Virus record (IMG/VR): IMGVR_UViG_3300048856_000062
Coordinates: 1-43,837 of that record
Source of the DNA: a virus
Lineage: Duplodnaviria; Caudoviricetes
Length of the DNA: 43,837 nt
Direction: 5' to 3' (one strand)
The position numbers were made by a program, and so were the translations under genes. Shown piece by piece: positions 26,394 through 36,459 of the stretch (its first letter is position 1; each line of letters starts with the position of its first letter). The notes under the pieces are model-generated. The model was not told where the DNA came from. It did no database searches and saw only the letters and a program-made list of their open reading frames with translations.

Positions 26394-26975
26394 ATGGCGG
26401 AAGACAGCCAGGGGAACGATCTCGGCGCCGTCGGCGTCCCGATCACCGGAATCGCCGCGTACGCGCCTGTCGCGCAGGCGAACGTCATCGCGGTGGAGGA
26501 CCTCGGCGCATCGCCGCTCGTCCTGCCCGTCGCGGCCAAGCGCCTCGGCCTGTTCAAGGTCGACGGCGGGCCCGCACCCACCCGTGAGGCGGGTGACGCG
26601 ATCGAGTTCTTCCAGATCGGGTACAGCCTCGCAAGCGGCGGCACCCGCGGCCTCACCATCACCCTCGCCGAGCAGAACCCCACCGTGCAGTCGCTGATCG
26701 AGGGTGTCGAGCCTGACGAGAACGGCGTCTACAAGGTGTCGTCGTCGCTGCCCGACAACCGATTCATCCTCTACAGCATCACGAAGTACCGCAACGGCTG
26801 GGAGACGCGCGAGGAGGGCGTCGCCTCCATCACGGGAGTCGAGCCCGATCAGAAGACCCGCGGCGAGGTCGAGGGCGCTGCGGTGACCTTCACCTGGCAG
26901 GAGGACGAGCTGTTCGACGGCTCGCCCTTCTGGCGGTGGACGGGCATCCCGGGCGCCGCTCCGGTCACGCCGTAA
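26394..26975 (+). CDS. Major tail (tube) protein
   Basis: AAGGAG RBS; LGLFKVDGG motif; synteny. Confidence 0.8.
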   Translation: MAEDSQGNDLGAVGVPITGIAAYAPVAQANVIAVEDLGASPLVLPVAAKRLGLFKVDGGPAPTREAGDAIEFFQIGYSLASGGTRGLTITLAEQNPTVQSLIEGVEPDENGVYKVSSSLPDNRFILYSITKYRNGWETREEGVASITGVEPDQKTRGEVEGAAVTFTWQEDELFDGSPFWRWTGIPGAAPVTP

Positions 26976-26980
26976 CAGAC

Positions 26981-27017
26981 GACTGGCCGGGGTGTCATCG
27001 GGTCGCCCCGGCCAGTC
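26981..27017 (+). terminator. Hairpin after the major tail gene
   Basis: Stem GACTGGCCGGGG/CCCCGGCCAGTC. Confidence 0.55.
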
Positions 27018-27063
27018 TCACCTCTTCAACCCGTAACCCGACAATCCGAAGGAGGCAGCCGTC

Positions 27064-27474
27064 ATGGCCGCACGCACCACCACCCCGAAGACCGAGACCG
27101 AGACGGCCCCGGAGCCTGGCTCCGCGGTCGAGGAGTACGACTTCGACTCCTGGTCCCAGGAGAAGGAAGACGCCGAGCTCCGAGCCCTCAACGACGTGCA
27201 GTACATCATCGTCGAGGGCGGCACGTTCGTCGGCCGGTTCTCGGACCTCACGATCGTGAAGATCCCGCTGAAGCTGAGCATGTCGATGATCGACGAGCTC
27301 GAGGAGAAGTTCACGGACCCCCTCGACCAGTTCAAGCACCTGCTGGGCATCTTCGCGGGCGAGGAGGTGGCCGAGGACCTCAAGGACCGCAACATGATCT
27401 CGGTCGCGATCATGACCCGGAAGTACTTCACCGCGTTCAAGCGCGCTCAGGATCTCGCCTTCCCGGAAGCCTGA
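27064..27474 (+). CDS. Tail assembly chaperone (G)
   Basis: AAGGAGG RBS; lies between the tube and tape measure genes. Confidence 0.8.
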   Translation: MAARTTTPKTETETAPEPGSAVEEYDFDSWSQEKEDAELRALNDVQYIIVEGGTFVGRFSDLTIVKIPLKLSMSMIDELEEKFTDPLDQFKHLLGIFAGEEVAEDLKDRNMISVAIMTRKYFTAFKRAQDLAFPEA

Positions 27475-27833
27475 GCGTCGTCCGGTTCATCCGAGAGCAC
27501 CGCACCGTCGTAGCGCGCACGCTGCGCGAGACGTACGGATGCGGGCTCTCGGACCTGGGCGACGCCGTCACATGGGGTGAAGCGAAGACCCTCATCGAGG
27601 ACGCCGTCAGCGATCCCTCCACCGTGCTCGGCGCCCACCTCGCCGACTGGGGCTACCCGGCGTCGATGCTCGAGCTGCTCCACCTCGCCGCGCAGATCCA
27701 AGACCCCAAGGCCGTCCGCAAGGTTGCGCCGTGGGCGATGCCGAGCCCGCGGAAGCAGAAGGCCGACCAAGCCACCCCCGACGAGGTCGCGCAGGCGACC
27801 GCCGAGCTCGAGGCGGGCATCGTCTTCGCCTAA
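27462..27833 (+). CDS. Tail assembly chaperone -1 frameshift extension (GT)
   Basis: The -1 frame is open from CCCGGAA (27462-27468) to TAA at 27833 and lacks its own RBS/start. Confidence 0.72.
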   Translation, partial: PGSLSVVRFIREHRTVVARTLRETYGCGLSDLGDAVTWGEAKTLIEDAVSDPSTVLGAHLADWGYPASMLELLHLAAQIQDPKAVRKVAPWAMPSPRKQKADQATPDEVAQATAELEAGIVFA

Positions 27834-27853
27834 CAGATCACCGGGGAGGTGCT

Positions 27854-30784
27854 ATGTCGTCCGAGGTCGGTTCAGGTCACGTCAGCATCTTCCCGGCGAT
27901 GCCCGGATTCCGGAGCACCGTCAGCCGCGAGACCCGATCCGCGGGAGCCGCCGGAGCACGCACCTTCGAGGGCGGCTTCCGCGGCGTCGGCACCCGCGCC
28001 GGCCGCACCCTCGGCCGCGACATGAGCACGGCCCTCTCCTCGACCGCCGGAGATCTCGGCGCGAACGAGATGCGGAAGCTCACCAGCGAGATCGCGACCG
28101 CATCGGCCGCGCTCGCCCGCACCCGCCTCAAGCAGCAGGACGACGCCGGAAAGGTGCGCGTCGCCGAGACCCGCCTCGCCGAAGCCGTCGCCCGCTCCGG
28201 CGCGACGTCGTCGCAGGCAGTCGCCGCCGAGGAGCGCCTCGCCGCGGCCCGCCGGCAGCACGCGACCACCACCGAGACCGTCGTCGCCGCATCCGGACGC
28301 CTCGGCGCAGCGCAGGCGGCGCTTCTGTCCGCCCAGAACGCGACCACCCAGAGCACCGTCGTCGCGAGCTCCCGCCTGCAGGGGTTCGCCTCCGCGGCAC
28401 GGTCCGGCGTCTCGTCCGTGGTCGGTGCAGCTCGCAATGCAGGTGCCGCCGTCGGTGAGGCGCTCGGCGACGGGTTCCGCGCTGCGCAGGCCACAGCCGG
28501 CATCGCCCTCGGAGCGATCGTCGTCAAGGTGGGCTCGCTCGTCCCCGACGCACTTCGCGCCTCTGACGCCGTCGACAAGTTCAAGTCGACCCTGAATTTC
28601 GCGGGCCTCGACGGCTCGCAGATCGACGCGCTCTCCAAGAGCACGCAGGCCTACGCCGACAAGACCGTCTACGACCTCGCCGACATCCAAGGCGTCACCG
28701 CGACCCTCGCCGCGAACAGCGTCAAGGACTTCGACAAGCTCGCCGAGGCCGGCGGAAACCTCAACGCCGTCGCCGGCGGCAACAAGGAGACGTTCAAGTC
28801 CCTCGGATCGGTCCTCACCCAGACCGCCGGCCAGGGCAAGCTCACCACCGAGAACTGGAACCAGCTCTCAGACGCCATCCCAGGCGCCGCCGGGAAGCTC
28901 TCCGAAGCGCTCCTGAACGCAGGCGCGTACACGGGCAACTTCCGTGAGGCGATGGAGAAGGGCGAGATCTCCGCGGAGGAATTCAACGCCGCGATCCTCG
29001 ACCTCGGCCTCACCGACGTCGCGAAGGAAGCCGCCACCTCGACGGCCACCTTCGAGGGCGCGATGGGGAACCTCGACGCCTCCATCACCGGCGGCCTCGT
29101 CAAGACCATCACCCCGCTGAAGCCGCTCATCACCGGCGTGCTCGGTGCCGCGGCCAGCGGCTTCACGTCGTTCTTCGACCGCGTCTCTCTCGGTGTCACC
29201 GGGCTCGTGTCACTCCTCGGCGCAGGAGACTTCACGAGCGCGTTCAGGACCGCCTTCGGGGTGACCGAGGACTCCCCGGTCGTCGACTTCCTACTCTCGG
29301 CCCGAGACGCCATCACCGGCTTCACCTCCACCCTCCCGGATCTCACCGGCCTCATCGGGCCCGCCATCGCCGTCCTCGGCGCGGGCGGCCTCGCCGGGGT
29401 ACTCTCGAAGCTCGGGCCGCTCGCCACGCTCCTTCCCGGGCTCGGTGGCGCGCTCAGCTTCCTCGCGGGCCCCCTCGGGCTCGTGGCTGCAGGGTTCGCC
29501 GGTCTCGCGCTCTCCGGCGGCGACATCGGTGGGCTCGTGTCCGGGATCACCGGCCTCGTCACCCAGGTCGGCGCGGCCATCCCCGGGATCGTGACGCAGG
29601 TCGCGACGCTCGTGCCGCAGATCGTATCCTCGATCCTCGCCCAGGTACCGGCGCTCCTCACCGCTGCCGTCGGCATCGTGACCGCGCTCGTGCAGGGCCT
29701 CGTCACCGCGGTGCCCGCTCTCGCCACGGGCGCGGTGTCGCTCGTGCAAGGCCTGATCACGGCGATCGTCGCCGCGCTGCCGCTGATCATTCAGGGCGCG
29801 ATCCAGCTCGTCACGGCGCTCATCCAGGGCATCGTCACGGCCATCCCGCTGCTGATCTCCGCGGCGCTGCAGCTCGTCTCCGGGCTACTGACCGCGATCA
29901 TCGGAGCGCTGCCCATGATCATCGAGGGCGGCATCCAGCTGCTCCTCGCCCTGGTGATGGGCATCATCGGCGCACTGCCGCAGCTGCTCACCGCCGCCCT
30001 CGATCTCGTCATGGGTCTGCTGGGCGCGATCATCGAGAACCTCCCGATGCTCATCGAGGCGGGCATCCAGCTGCTCCTGTCGCTGGTCACCGGCCTCATC
30101 GACGCGCTCCCGCAGCTGATCCAGGCCGCGATCAACCTCGTGCTGCAGCTCGTGACCGGGCTGCTGAAGATGCTCCCGAAGCTCATCGAGGCCGGCATCG
30201 AACTGGTGGTCTCCCTGATCGTCGGTCTCGTCACCGCGATCCCGAAGATCATCGAGATGCTGCCCCAGATCGTCGAAGCGATTTGGAACGGCCTCATCGG
30301 GGTCGACTGGCTCGACCTCGGCGTGCAGATCGTGATGGGCATCATCAACGGCCTCGGCTCGATGGTCGGCTCGCTCGTCGACGCGATCGTCGAGCTCGCC
30401 GGTGCGGCGTTCGACGGGTTCAAGGACTTCTTCGGCATCAAGTCGCCGTCGAAGCTCATGCGCTCCACCACGAAGCACGTCGTCGAGGGCGCCTCGCTCG
30501 GCGTCGACGACGAAGCACCGGCGTTCGCGAAGTCGATGGTCGACATGGCCAAGAAGGCATCCGTGAAGGCGCAGGCAGCGATGGGGACCGTCACCGCGAC
30601 CGTGGCCACCGCAACCGCCGCCCGCACCCTGGCAGCCAGCCAGGCGGCCGCAGCGAGCGCTGGTGGGGGAGGCGGTACGTCGGTGACGCAGCACTTCGAC
30701 ATCACCGTCCCCGAGACGGACCCGAACGTGCTCGCCGAGCGCGTCGGGATCGTCGCCGAACGCAAGCTGGCAGGTGTCCTGTGA
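27854..30784 (+). CDS. Tape measure protein, 976 aa
   Basis: GGGGAGG RBS; YADKTVYDL...GQGKLTTENWNQL motif; LPQLI-type repeats; FFGIKSPSK. Confidence 0.93.
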   Translation: MSSEVGSGHVSIFPAMPGFRSTVSRETRSAGAAGARTFEGGFRGVGTRAGRTLGRDMSTALSSTAGDLGANEMRKLTSEIATASAALARTRLKQQDDAGKVRVAETRLAEAVARSGATSSQAVAAEERLAAARRQHATTTETVVAASGRLGAAQAALLSAQNATTQSTVVASSRLQGFASAARSGVSSVVGAARNAGAAVGEALGDGFRAAQATAGIALGAIVVKVGSLVPDALRASDAVDKFKSTLNFAGLDGSQIDALSKSTQAYADKTVYDLADIQGVTATLAANSVKDFDKLAEAGGNLNAVAGGNKETFKSLGSVLTQTAGQGKLTTENWNQLSDAIPGAAGKLSEALLNAGAYTGNFREAMEKGEISAEEFNAAILDLGLTDVAKEAATSTATFEGAMGNLDASITGGLVKTITPLKPLITGVLGAAASGFTSFFDRVSLGVTGLVSLLGAGDFTSAFRTAFGVTEDSPVVDFLLSARDAITGFTSTLPDLTGLIGPAIAVLGAGGLAGVLSKLGPLATLLPGLGGALSFLAGPLGLVAAGFAGLALSGGDIGGLVSGITGLVTQVGAAIPGIVTQVATLVPQIVSSILAQVPALLTAAVGIVTALVQGLVTAVPALATGAVSLVQGLITAIVAALPLIIQGAIQLVTALIQGIVTAIPLLISAALQLVSGLLTAIIGALPMIIEGGIQLLLALVMGIIGALPQLLTAALDLVMGLLGAIIENLPMLIEAGIQLLLSLVTGLIDALPQLIQAAINLVLQLVTGLLKMLPKLIEAGIELVVSLIVGLVTAIPKIIEMLPQIVEAIWNGLIGVDWLDLGVQIVMGIINGLGSMVGSLVDAIVELAGAAFDGFKDFFGIKSPSKLMRSTTKHVVEGASLGVDDEAPAFAKSMVDMAKKASVKAQAAMGTVTATVATATAARTLAASQAAAASAGGGGGTSVTQHFDITVPETDPNVLAERVGIVAERKLAGVL

Positions 30785-31620
30785 GAGTCGAACTCGGCGA
30801 GCTCATGTTGAGCGATCGGCCCGACGAGGCCTACCAGGGGTGGGGTCTCACCCGCCTGGACAACTGGCGTGCGATCGCGCCCGCGAAGAACAGCGTCGAC
30901 GAGCGCCCCCAGGGGCACGGCGCGTTTCGGCAGGGCAAGATCTACCGCTCGGCGAAGGTCATGCCGCTGCACGCGTTCAGCGAGTGCAGCAGCATCCACG
31001 CTGCCGGCGCCCGCCTGGACTACCTCAACGGCCTCGTCGGGCAGGCCGACACCCTCGTGCTGCGCGTCACCGACGAGTTCGGTTCCACGTGGCGCGAGGT
31101 TTCGGTCGTGGACGCGGACCTGCCCGAGACGCCCGCGGCCAACTTCACCTTCACCCTCGACCTCCTCGCCGTCGAGCCGCGCCGGTTCGGCGACCCGAAC
31201 GAAGACACCACCGGGCTCCCCACCGAGTCGGGTGGTGTCGAGTTCCCGCTGACCTTCCCGATCGACTTCGGAGAGATCGGCGACCTCGGCCGGCTGACCC
31301 TCACCAACACCGGTACGGCGGATGCGTGGCCGCGACTCATCGCTCGCGGTGGCCTCGGCAGCGGGTTCGTCGCGGAGGAGGTAGGCACTGGGCGGGTCAT
31401 CGAACTCGCCCGGACGATTCTGATCGGCTCCGAGGTCGTCATCGACTTCCGAACCGGAACCGCGATCGTCGACGGCGGGCCCACCGTCTCCGGCCAGATG
31501 ATCCGGCGCGACTGGTGGTCAGTGCCGCCGGGGGGATCCACCACCATCCAGTTCACCGTCCGGGGCGAAGGCTTCGGCACCCCCACCCTCCGAGGCGAAC
31601 TCGCCCCGGCCTTCTGGTAG
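30781..31620 (+). CDS. Distal tail (Dit-like) protein
   Basis: Follows tape measure; FPLTFPIDFG and LTNTGTADAWP. Confidence 0.78.
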   Translation: MRVELGELMLSDRPDEAYQGWGLTRLDNWRAIAPAKNSVDERPQGHGAFRQGKIYRSAKVMPLHAFSECSSIHAAGARLDYLNGLVGQADTLVLRVTDEFGSTWREVSVVDADLPETPAANFTFTLDLLAVEPRRFGDPNEDTTGLPTESGGVEFPLTFPIDFGEIGDLGRLTLTNTGTADAWPRLIARGGLGSGFVAEEVGTGRVIELARTILIGSEVVIDFRTGTAIVDGGPTVSGQMIRRDWWSVPPGGSTTIQFTVRGEGFGTPTLRGELAPAFW

Positions 31621-31628
31621 GAGACCCG

Positions 31629-32615
31629 ATGGCACTCACTCGAGGCTTCCCCGTTCACAACGCGATCCCCACTGCGCTGGACCTGCGGCTCAACCTCGCT
31701 GGCCTCATCGCCTGCACCGCCACCGGCATCCCCCGTGCCGGCATCCTCCCCGACCACACGGACGCGCTCGTCACGGGCACGTCCGGTGCGATGGCGGTCT
31801 CGGTGGCTCCTTTCACTGCGGCCCTCTCGCGGGGGAAGGCGCAGGGGGTGTCCCTGATCGCGAACGACGGCATCGTCAACGTCCCGCTCGACGCCGCACC
31901 ATCGGCGAACGCGCGTATCGACGTGATCTACGTCCGCCAGAACGACGACGTCGACGGGGCAGACGCCAACGCGCTGGGCATGTTCGGTGTAGCCAAGGGT
32001 GCACCGGGGACTTTCCCGGCCGCACCTGCTGTGCCCTCGGGAGCGATCGCGCTCTCGCAGGTTCGTGTCCCCGCGGGGGTGGTCGATACCAACCCCGCCA
32101 ACGGCGTCACCTTCACCGCCGTGCACCCGTTCACCGCCACCACGGGCGGGGTGATCCCGTTCCGCACCTTCACAGAACTCGCCGCGTGGGATGCCACGGA
32201 GGGGACGCTCGCGTCGCAGCTGAACGACGACATCCTGTGGGTGCGGTGGAACTCGTCCTGGCAGCGCGTGGTCCCGGCCAGCCCGGCGGCGGGGACGCTC
32301 GGCTACTCGGCCGGCATCACGAAGAGCACCGCGGTCGAGTACCTGCAGCGTGACGCATTCGGCAACGTCTCCGGTATCTGGTCGGGCACGAACACCGCAG
32401 CGCTCCTCGACAACACCGTTATCGGAACGGTGCCCGTGGGGTTCCGGCCGGCGGCCACTGTCGAGCTGGCCGCCTCGATGGCGCCTGGTGGCGGGCCGGG
32501 CACCGCGGGCACGTGTCTCGTCACCATCGCTGCCGACGGCACCATGCGCGTCTTTGGAATCTCCGGAAGCAGCAACCGCAAGGTCACCGTCCCCCTGCAG
32601 TACCGCGCCGCATAG
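31629..32615 (+). CDS. Minor tail protein
   Basis: AAPSANARIDVIY and APAVPSGAIALSQVRVPAG motifs. Confidence 0.75.
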   Translation: MALTRGFPVHNAIPTALDLRLNLAGLIACTATGIPRAGILPDHTDALVTGTSGAMAVSVAPFTAALSRGKAQGVSLIANDGIVNVPLDAAPSANARIDVIYVRQNDDVDGADANALGMFGVAKGAPGTFPAAPAVPSGAIALSQVRVPAGVVDTNPANGVTFTAVHPFTATTGGVIPFRTFTELAAWDATEGTLASQLNDDILWVRWNSSWQRVVPASPAAGTLGYSAGITKSTAVEYLQRDAFGNVSGIWSGTNTAALLDNTVIGTVPVGFRPAATVELAASMAPGGGPGTAGTCLVTIAADGTMRVFGISGSSNRKVTVPLQYRAA

Positions 32616-32636
32616 CGGCCAAGCGAAGGAGCCATC

Positions 32637-33425
32637 ATGCCGCTCTACTCCAACGGCCGAGCCCCGGCTTCGGCGCTGGTCAACATCTTCGGATGCGTCG
32701 CCTCACCCGACATGGCCCGCCGTGTCGCGGCCACGAAGCGCGACTACGAGCGCGAGGTCGGCGGCGTCCTCATCGTCAACGAGATCTACCGCACCTACGA
32801 CGAGCAGGTGCGGCAGAAGGCGCGGTGGACGGCGCTCGGGTTCCCTGGCAACGCCGCGGCCCCCGGCTACTCCAACCACGGCAACTGGGACGTCGGAGCC
32901 GTCGACTGGTCCAGCGATAACATCGGCGCCCGCCGGTCGATCGCCGCCCGCTACGGCCTCATCCACGACATCGCCAACGAGTCCTGGCACGCCACGAAGC
33001 ACAACGAGGGCACGCACCCTCTCCCCGAGCTCGCGGACTTCAGCTTCGCCGGCCTTCAGCCCACCCCGATTCCGGAGGACATGATGAACGCAGACCAGCA
33101 GGCCACCCTCGACGCCATCGCCTGGACGGTGGGGCAGATCAAGCCGCAGACCGACAAGCTCGGCCGCATCGCGGTGGCCACCGACCTCGTGCTGTGGGCG
33201 ACCACGGACCCGACGCAGGGCCTTCGGCAGATGGTGGCGAACCTCTCCGAGCTCGTGGTGAAGCTCGACCGCGACAATCTCACGAAGGAGCAGGCGGACG
33301 CGGCTCTTGCCGAGGCGCTGGCCCCGTTCACGCAGACCACGATCGCCGTCCAGGCAGTCGAGGCTGAGAAGCGTGTGGAATCGGCCGCCGCCGAGGTCGC
33401 AGCGTCCCAGCTCGTGAAGGACTGA
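32637..33425 (+). CDS. Endolysin with M15-type Zn peptidase domain
   Basis: YRTYDEQ, AAAPGYSNHG, AVD and ESWH motifs. Confidence 0.85.
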   Translation: MPLYSNGRAPASALVNIFGCVASPDMARRVAATKRDYEREVGGVLIVNEIYRTYDEQVRQKARWTALGFPGNAAAPGYSNHGNWDVGAVDWSSDNIGARRSIAARYGLIHDIANESWHATKHNEGTHPLPELADFSFAGLQPTPIPEDMMNADQQATLDAIAWTVGQIKPQTDKLGRIAVATDLVLWATTDPTQGLRQMVANLSELVVKLDRDNLTKEQADAALAEALAPFTQTTIAVQAVEAEKRVESAAAEVAASQLVKD

Positions 33426-33429
33426 CCCC

Positions 33430-33918
33430 GTGGACCGTTACCCGGTCGACCCGGAGAAGCGCCGACGGCTCGAAGCGCTCATCCGGATCATCGACATGGT
33501 GATCTACCTCGCCGTGCTCGCGGGCGGCGTCTACGCCCTGTTCTTCACCCCCACCAGCGTCACCGTGGAGCTCACGGGCTGGGAGTGGCTGATCGCGGTC
33601 TGGGCGTCCCTGCTGCTCGTCGGCGGCGCGCTCGGGTTCATCGGCCGGCTCTCGCGGTACTGGGTGCTCGAACTGCCGGCCACCGCGGCCGCCACGTTCG
33701 GCATCTTGATCTACGCCGTCGTGCTCGGCCGCACCGCGTTCGCCTCGATCACCGCCGCGGTGGCCGTCACGCTCGTGCTCGTCGCCTGCGGGCTCATGGT
33801 CCGCCGGTACGTGGAGCTGCAGATCTTCGGATCCGACCCCGACCACAAGGACTTCCAACACCGGCTGGCCGAAATGATCCGGAGGCGAACGCAGGACGTC
33901 CCGCCGCGCAAGGAGTGA
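33430..33918 (+). CDS. Four-TM membrane protein (lysis cassette)
   Basis: Four hydrophobic segments; follows the endolysin gene. Confidence 0.72.
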   Translation: MDRYPVDPEKRRRLEALIRIIDMVIYLAVLAGGVYALFFTPTSVTVELTGWEWLIAVWASLLLVGGALGFIGRLSRYWVLELPATAAATFGILIYAVVLGRTAFASITAAVAVTLVLVACGLMVRRYVELQIFGSDPDHKDFQHRLAEMIRRRTQDVPPRKE

Positions 33919-33928
33919 GAGGGGCGTC

Positions 33929-34279
33929 ATGCCGGAGCTCGAATCGATCAACCTGGTCGCCCTCGTGGTTGCCCTCCTCGGTGTCGGCGGTGTGGGCGTG
34001 TTCGCCCGCGAGATCGTCGGCGTCATCACCCTCATCCGCAACGGCGTCTCCGCGAAGGAGTCGAAGCGGAAGAACGACCTCGTCGCGCAGCGCGACCGCG
34101 AGTACCGCCGCGCTGAATCCGAAGCCCGGAACCGCCGCCGCCTCGAGGAGTACTCCGCGAAGCTCCGCCGCGAGCTCATCGCCGCGGGCGCCGACGACAA
34201 GATCGGCCCCTGGCCGGATCTCGAAGACACCATGACCCGCGAGGACGCGAACCGCGCGATCGCTGAAGCAGAGGAGTAG
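33929..34279 (+). CDS. Single-TM coiled-coil protein (lysis cassette)
   Basis: N-terminal TM and charged helical tail. Confidence 0.72.
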   Translation: MPELESINLVALVVALLGVGGVGVFAREIVGVITLIRNGVSAKESKRKNDLVAQRDREYRRAESEARNRRRLEEYSAKLRRELIAAGADDKIGPWPDLEDTMTREDANRAIAEAEE

Positions 34280-34282
34280 CCC

Positions 34283-34573
34283 GTGTTCACGCTCGCATTC
34301 TGGAAGGCCGCCACCGAGCGCGCCCTCAAGTCCGGCGCCCAGTTCGTCCTCGTCACGATCGGCTTCGGCCTCGTCGCCGGCACCCAGCCGACCGAGACGG
34401 CCGAGGTGCTCAACGCGTTCACCCTGAACTACGTCACCCTCGGCGGCGTGTTCCTCGGCGGCGTGATCGTGTCGTACCTCACGTCGATCGTCTCCGACGC
34501 GGCCACGGGCGGCACGGGGCCCTCGCTGACGCGCGTGGAGACCGTAGACGAAGCTCCCCGCCACGCCGCCTGA
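34283..34573 (+). CDS. Holin (r1t-like)
   Basis: FTLAFWKAATERALKSGAQ...SYLTSI; two TMs. Confidence 0.82.
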   Translation: MFTLAFWKAATERALKSGAQFVLVTIGFGLVAGTQPTETAEVLNAFTLNYVTLGGVFLGGVIVSYLTSIVSDAATGGTGPSLTRVETVDEAPRHAA

Positions 34574-34605
34574 TCTGACCCGCCCACGAGCTGCAGGAGG
34601 CCGCC

Positions 34606-35754
34606 GTGACCGAACTCGTGATCGGCGACCTCCGCACCGGGCGGCAGATCATCAACATCCCCTCCGCCGGCGTGCACAAAGCGTCCTGGTCCACCAGCCT
34701 GAACGACGCCGACACCATCGAGGCCACGTTCAAACTCACCGACCCCGACACCAAGCAGCTCGAGCTCCGATCCGCAGCCGCGCCGGCCAAGGCCTTCCTC
34801 GCGATCGTCGAGAACGACGTTCCCGTCGCGGGCGGCCCGATCTGGATCCACACCCGCGACAAGAACGAGGGCACCCTGCAGGTGTCCGCGAAGGGCATGT
34901 GGTCCTACTTCGACCACCGGGTGCTCGTCCCACTCGTGGCCGCGACGCTGCCGATCGTCGATTCTGTCACCCGGGAGCCGTCCGCGGTCATGAACACGAA
35001 CCTCGTGGCCCAGTCCTACGGGATGATGGCCAAGCGCCTCGTGATGCAGGCCCGCGCCCACACCGGCGGCGCCGTCCCGATCGTCTTCCAGGACGACGAG
35101 GCCGGCACCTACACCCGCCAGTACCTCGGATCGGATCTCTCGATCGTGGGGGAGAAGCTCAAGGACTTCACGCAGCTCGAGAACGGCATAGACATCGCAT
35201 TCACCCCGCGATGGACCGGCGACCGGCAGGGCATCGAGTGGGTGCTCCGCACCGGGACCCTCGCGAAGCCGATGCTCTCCTCCGAGACGATCCACCTCTT
35301 CGACTACTCCGTCGAGGACCCGGCCGTGAAGGATCTGACGATCACGGTGAATGCCTCGAACCTGACCTCCCGCACGTGGGCGGTGGGCGGCCGCCAGGAC
35401 GACGTCGCGGTCATCGAGCGCGCAGACGACACGGCCCTGCTCGGTGCCGGCTACCCGCTGCTCGAGTCGGTGAACACCGCTCACTCGGACGCGACGGTGC
35501 CGTCGACCGTGCGGTCGTACGCGGCCGAGGACGTCCGGTGGGGGCGCACCCCAGTGGAGTCGTGGTCGTTCAAGGCGAGCGCGGATGCAGACCCGAAGGT
35601 CGGCTCGTACGCCGTCGGCGACTGGTGCGACGTGCAGATGGCGGATGACGACTACGTGCCCGATGGCACCTACAGGCACCGCATCGCGGGCCTCTCAGGC
35701 GACCAGGACGGCAGGTGGGTGTCCGTCACGACGCTGGAGGTGAACAGTGCCTAG
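34606..35754 (+). CDS. Minor tail/baseplate hub protein (Tal-like)
   Basis: AGGAGG RBS; IGDLRTG, GGPIW and GSYAVGD patterns. Confidence 0.78.
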   Translation: MTELVIGDLRTGRQIINIPSAGVHKASWSTSLNDADTIEATFKLTDPDTKQLELRSAAAPAKAFLAIVENDVPVAGGPIWIHTRDKNEGTLQVSAKGMWSYFDHRVLVPLVAATLPIVDSVTREPSAVMNTNLVAQSYGMMAKRLVMQARAHTGGAVPIVFQDDEAGTYTRQYLGSDLSIVGEKLKDFTQLENGIDIAFTPRWTGDRQGIEWVLRTGTLAKPMLSSETIHLFDYSVEDPAVKDLTITVNASNLTSRTWAVGGRQDDVAVIERADDTALLGAGYPLLESVNTAHSDATVPSTVRSYAAEDVRWGRTPVESWSFKASADADPKVGSYAVGDWCDVQMADDDYVPDGTYRHRIAGLSGDQDGRWVSVTTLEVNSA

Positions 35755-36451
35755 CCGCACCCTCGTCAAGCCTCAGGACGTCCTCTCCACCGAGCTCGTG
35801 AAGCTGAAGCAGCTGCAGCGTCAGTCGGTCGCGCCCACGGGGTCCCAGCGCAACCTCACCACCGAGAAGGTGCTGAAGGCGATCGAGGATCTGAAGCTGG
35901 TGCAGGCCGAGCAGGCCGAGCTCATCGAGGGGCTCGAGGCTGTCACCGTTGCTCAGGCGGCCCTTCTGGCGTCCCTGCAGGCGCAGATCAACTACCAGGG
36001 CACCCTGCGCACGTTCCGCGCCACCAGCGACGACGACGTCTTCAACAACACCCCGGGCGGATTCGTCGAAGCCCCCGAGACTGCACCCGGCCTCACGTTC
36101 GACCTCATCGAACCCATGGTGGTTGCGATCACTCTCCGAGGCATTGCCCGCATCATCGCCTCTGGGCCTACGTCCGGATTCCTGAACGGCACCGCCCTGA
36201 TCCGCTATCGCCTCGACGGCGCCCTCTCCAACGCGATCGGCCGCTCGTACGGGTCGCAGACCGTCCCCAGCGACGGAGGGAACCACGGGCTCGCCGTCGA
36301 CACCCTCATCGAAGCATCCGACGTCGTCACCCTCGGCGCCGGCTCGCACACAGTCACGTCGTACTACTCCACGCAGGTCAACGGCGCGTCCGGGTCCGTC
36401 CGGATCGAAGACCAGTCCGTGACCGTGCAGATCCTCAACCGGCCCAGCTAG
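35747..36451 (+). CDS. Minor tail protein (coiled coil plus beta domain)
   Basis: Heptad-like N-terminal half and beta-rich C-terminal half. Confidence 0.7.
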   Translation: MPSRTLVKPQDVLSTELVKLKQLQRQSVAPTGSQRNLTTEKVLKAIEDLKLVQAEQAELIEGLEAVTVAQAALLASLQAQINYQGTLRTFRATSDDDVFNNTPGGFVEAPETAPGLTFDLIEPMVVAITLRGIARIIASGPTSGFLNGTALIRYRLDGALSNAIGRSYGSQTVPSDGGNHGLAVDTLIEASDVVTLGAGSHTVTSYYSTQVNGASGSVRIEDQSVTVQILNRPS

Positions 36452-36459
36452 GAGACCCC

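Noticed and set aside
29560-30330. Periodic sequence as a CRISPR array or variable repeat
   Set aside because: Degenerate amino-acid repeats of the tape measure protein; no identical repeats with spacers.
20614-32126. Long minus-strand ORFs across the head and tail genes (e.g. 21672-23588, 29791-30999)
   Set aside because: Antisense shadows of high-GC3 genes with no RBS or motifs.
3468-34573. Recurrent C-terminal Ala-Ala as ssrA-like degrons
   Set aside because: Mostly explained by the GCRGCATGA stop-start coupling context, and it also occurs on structural proteins.
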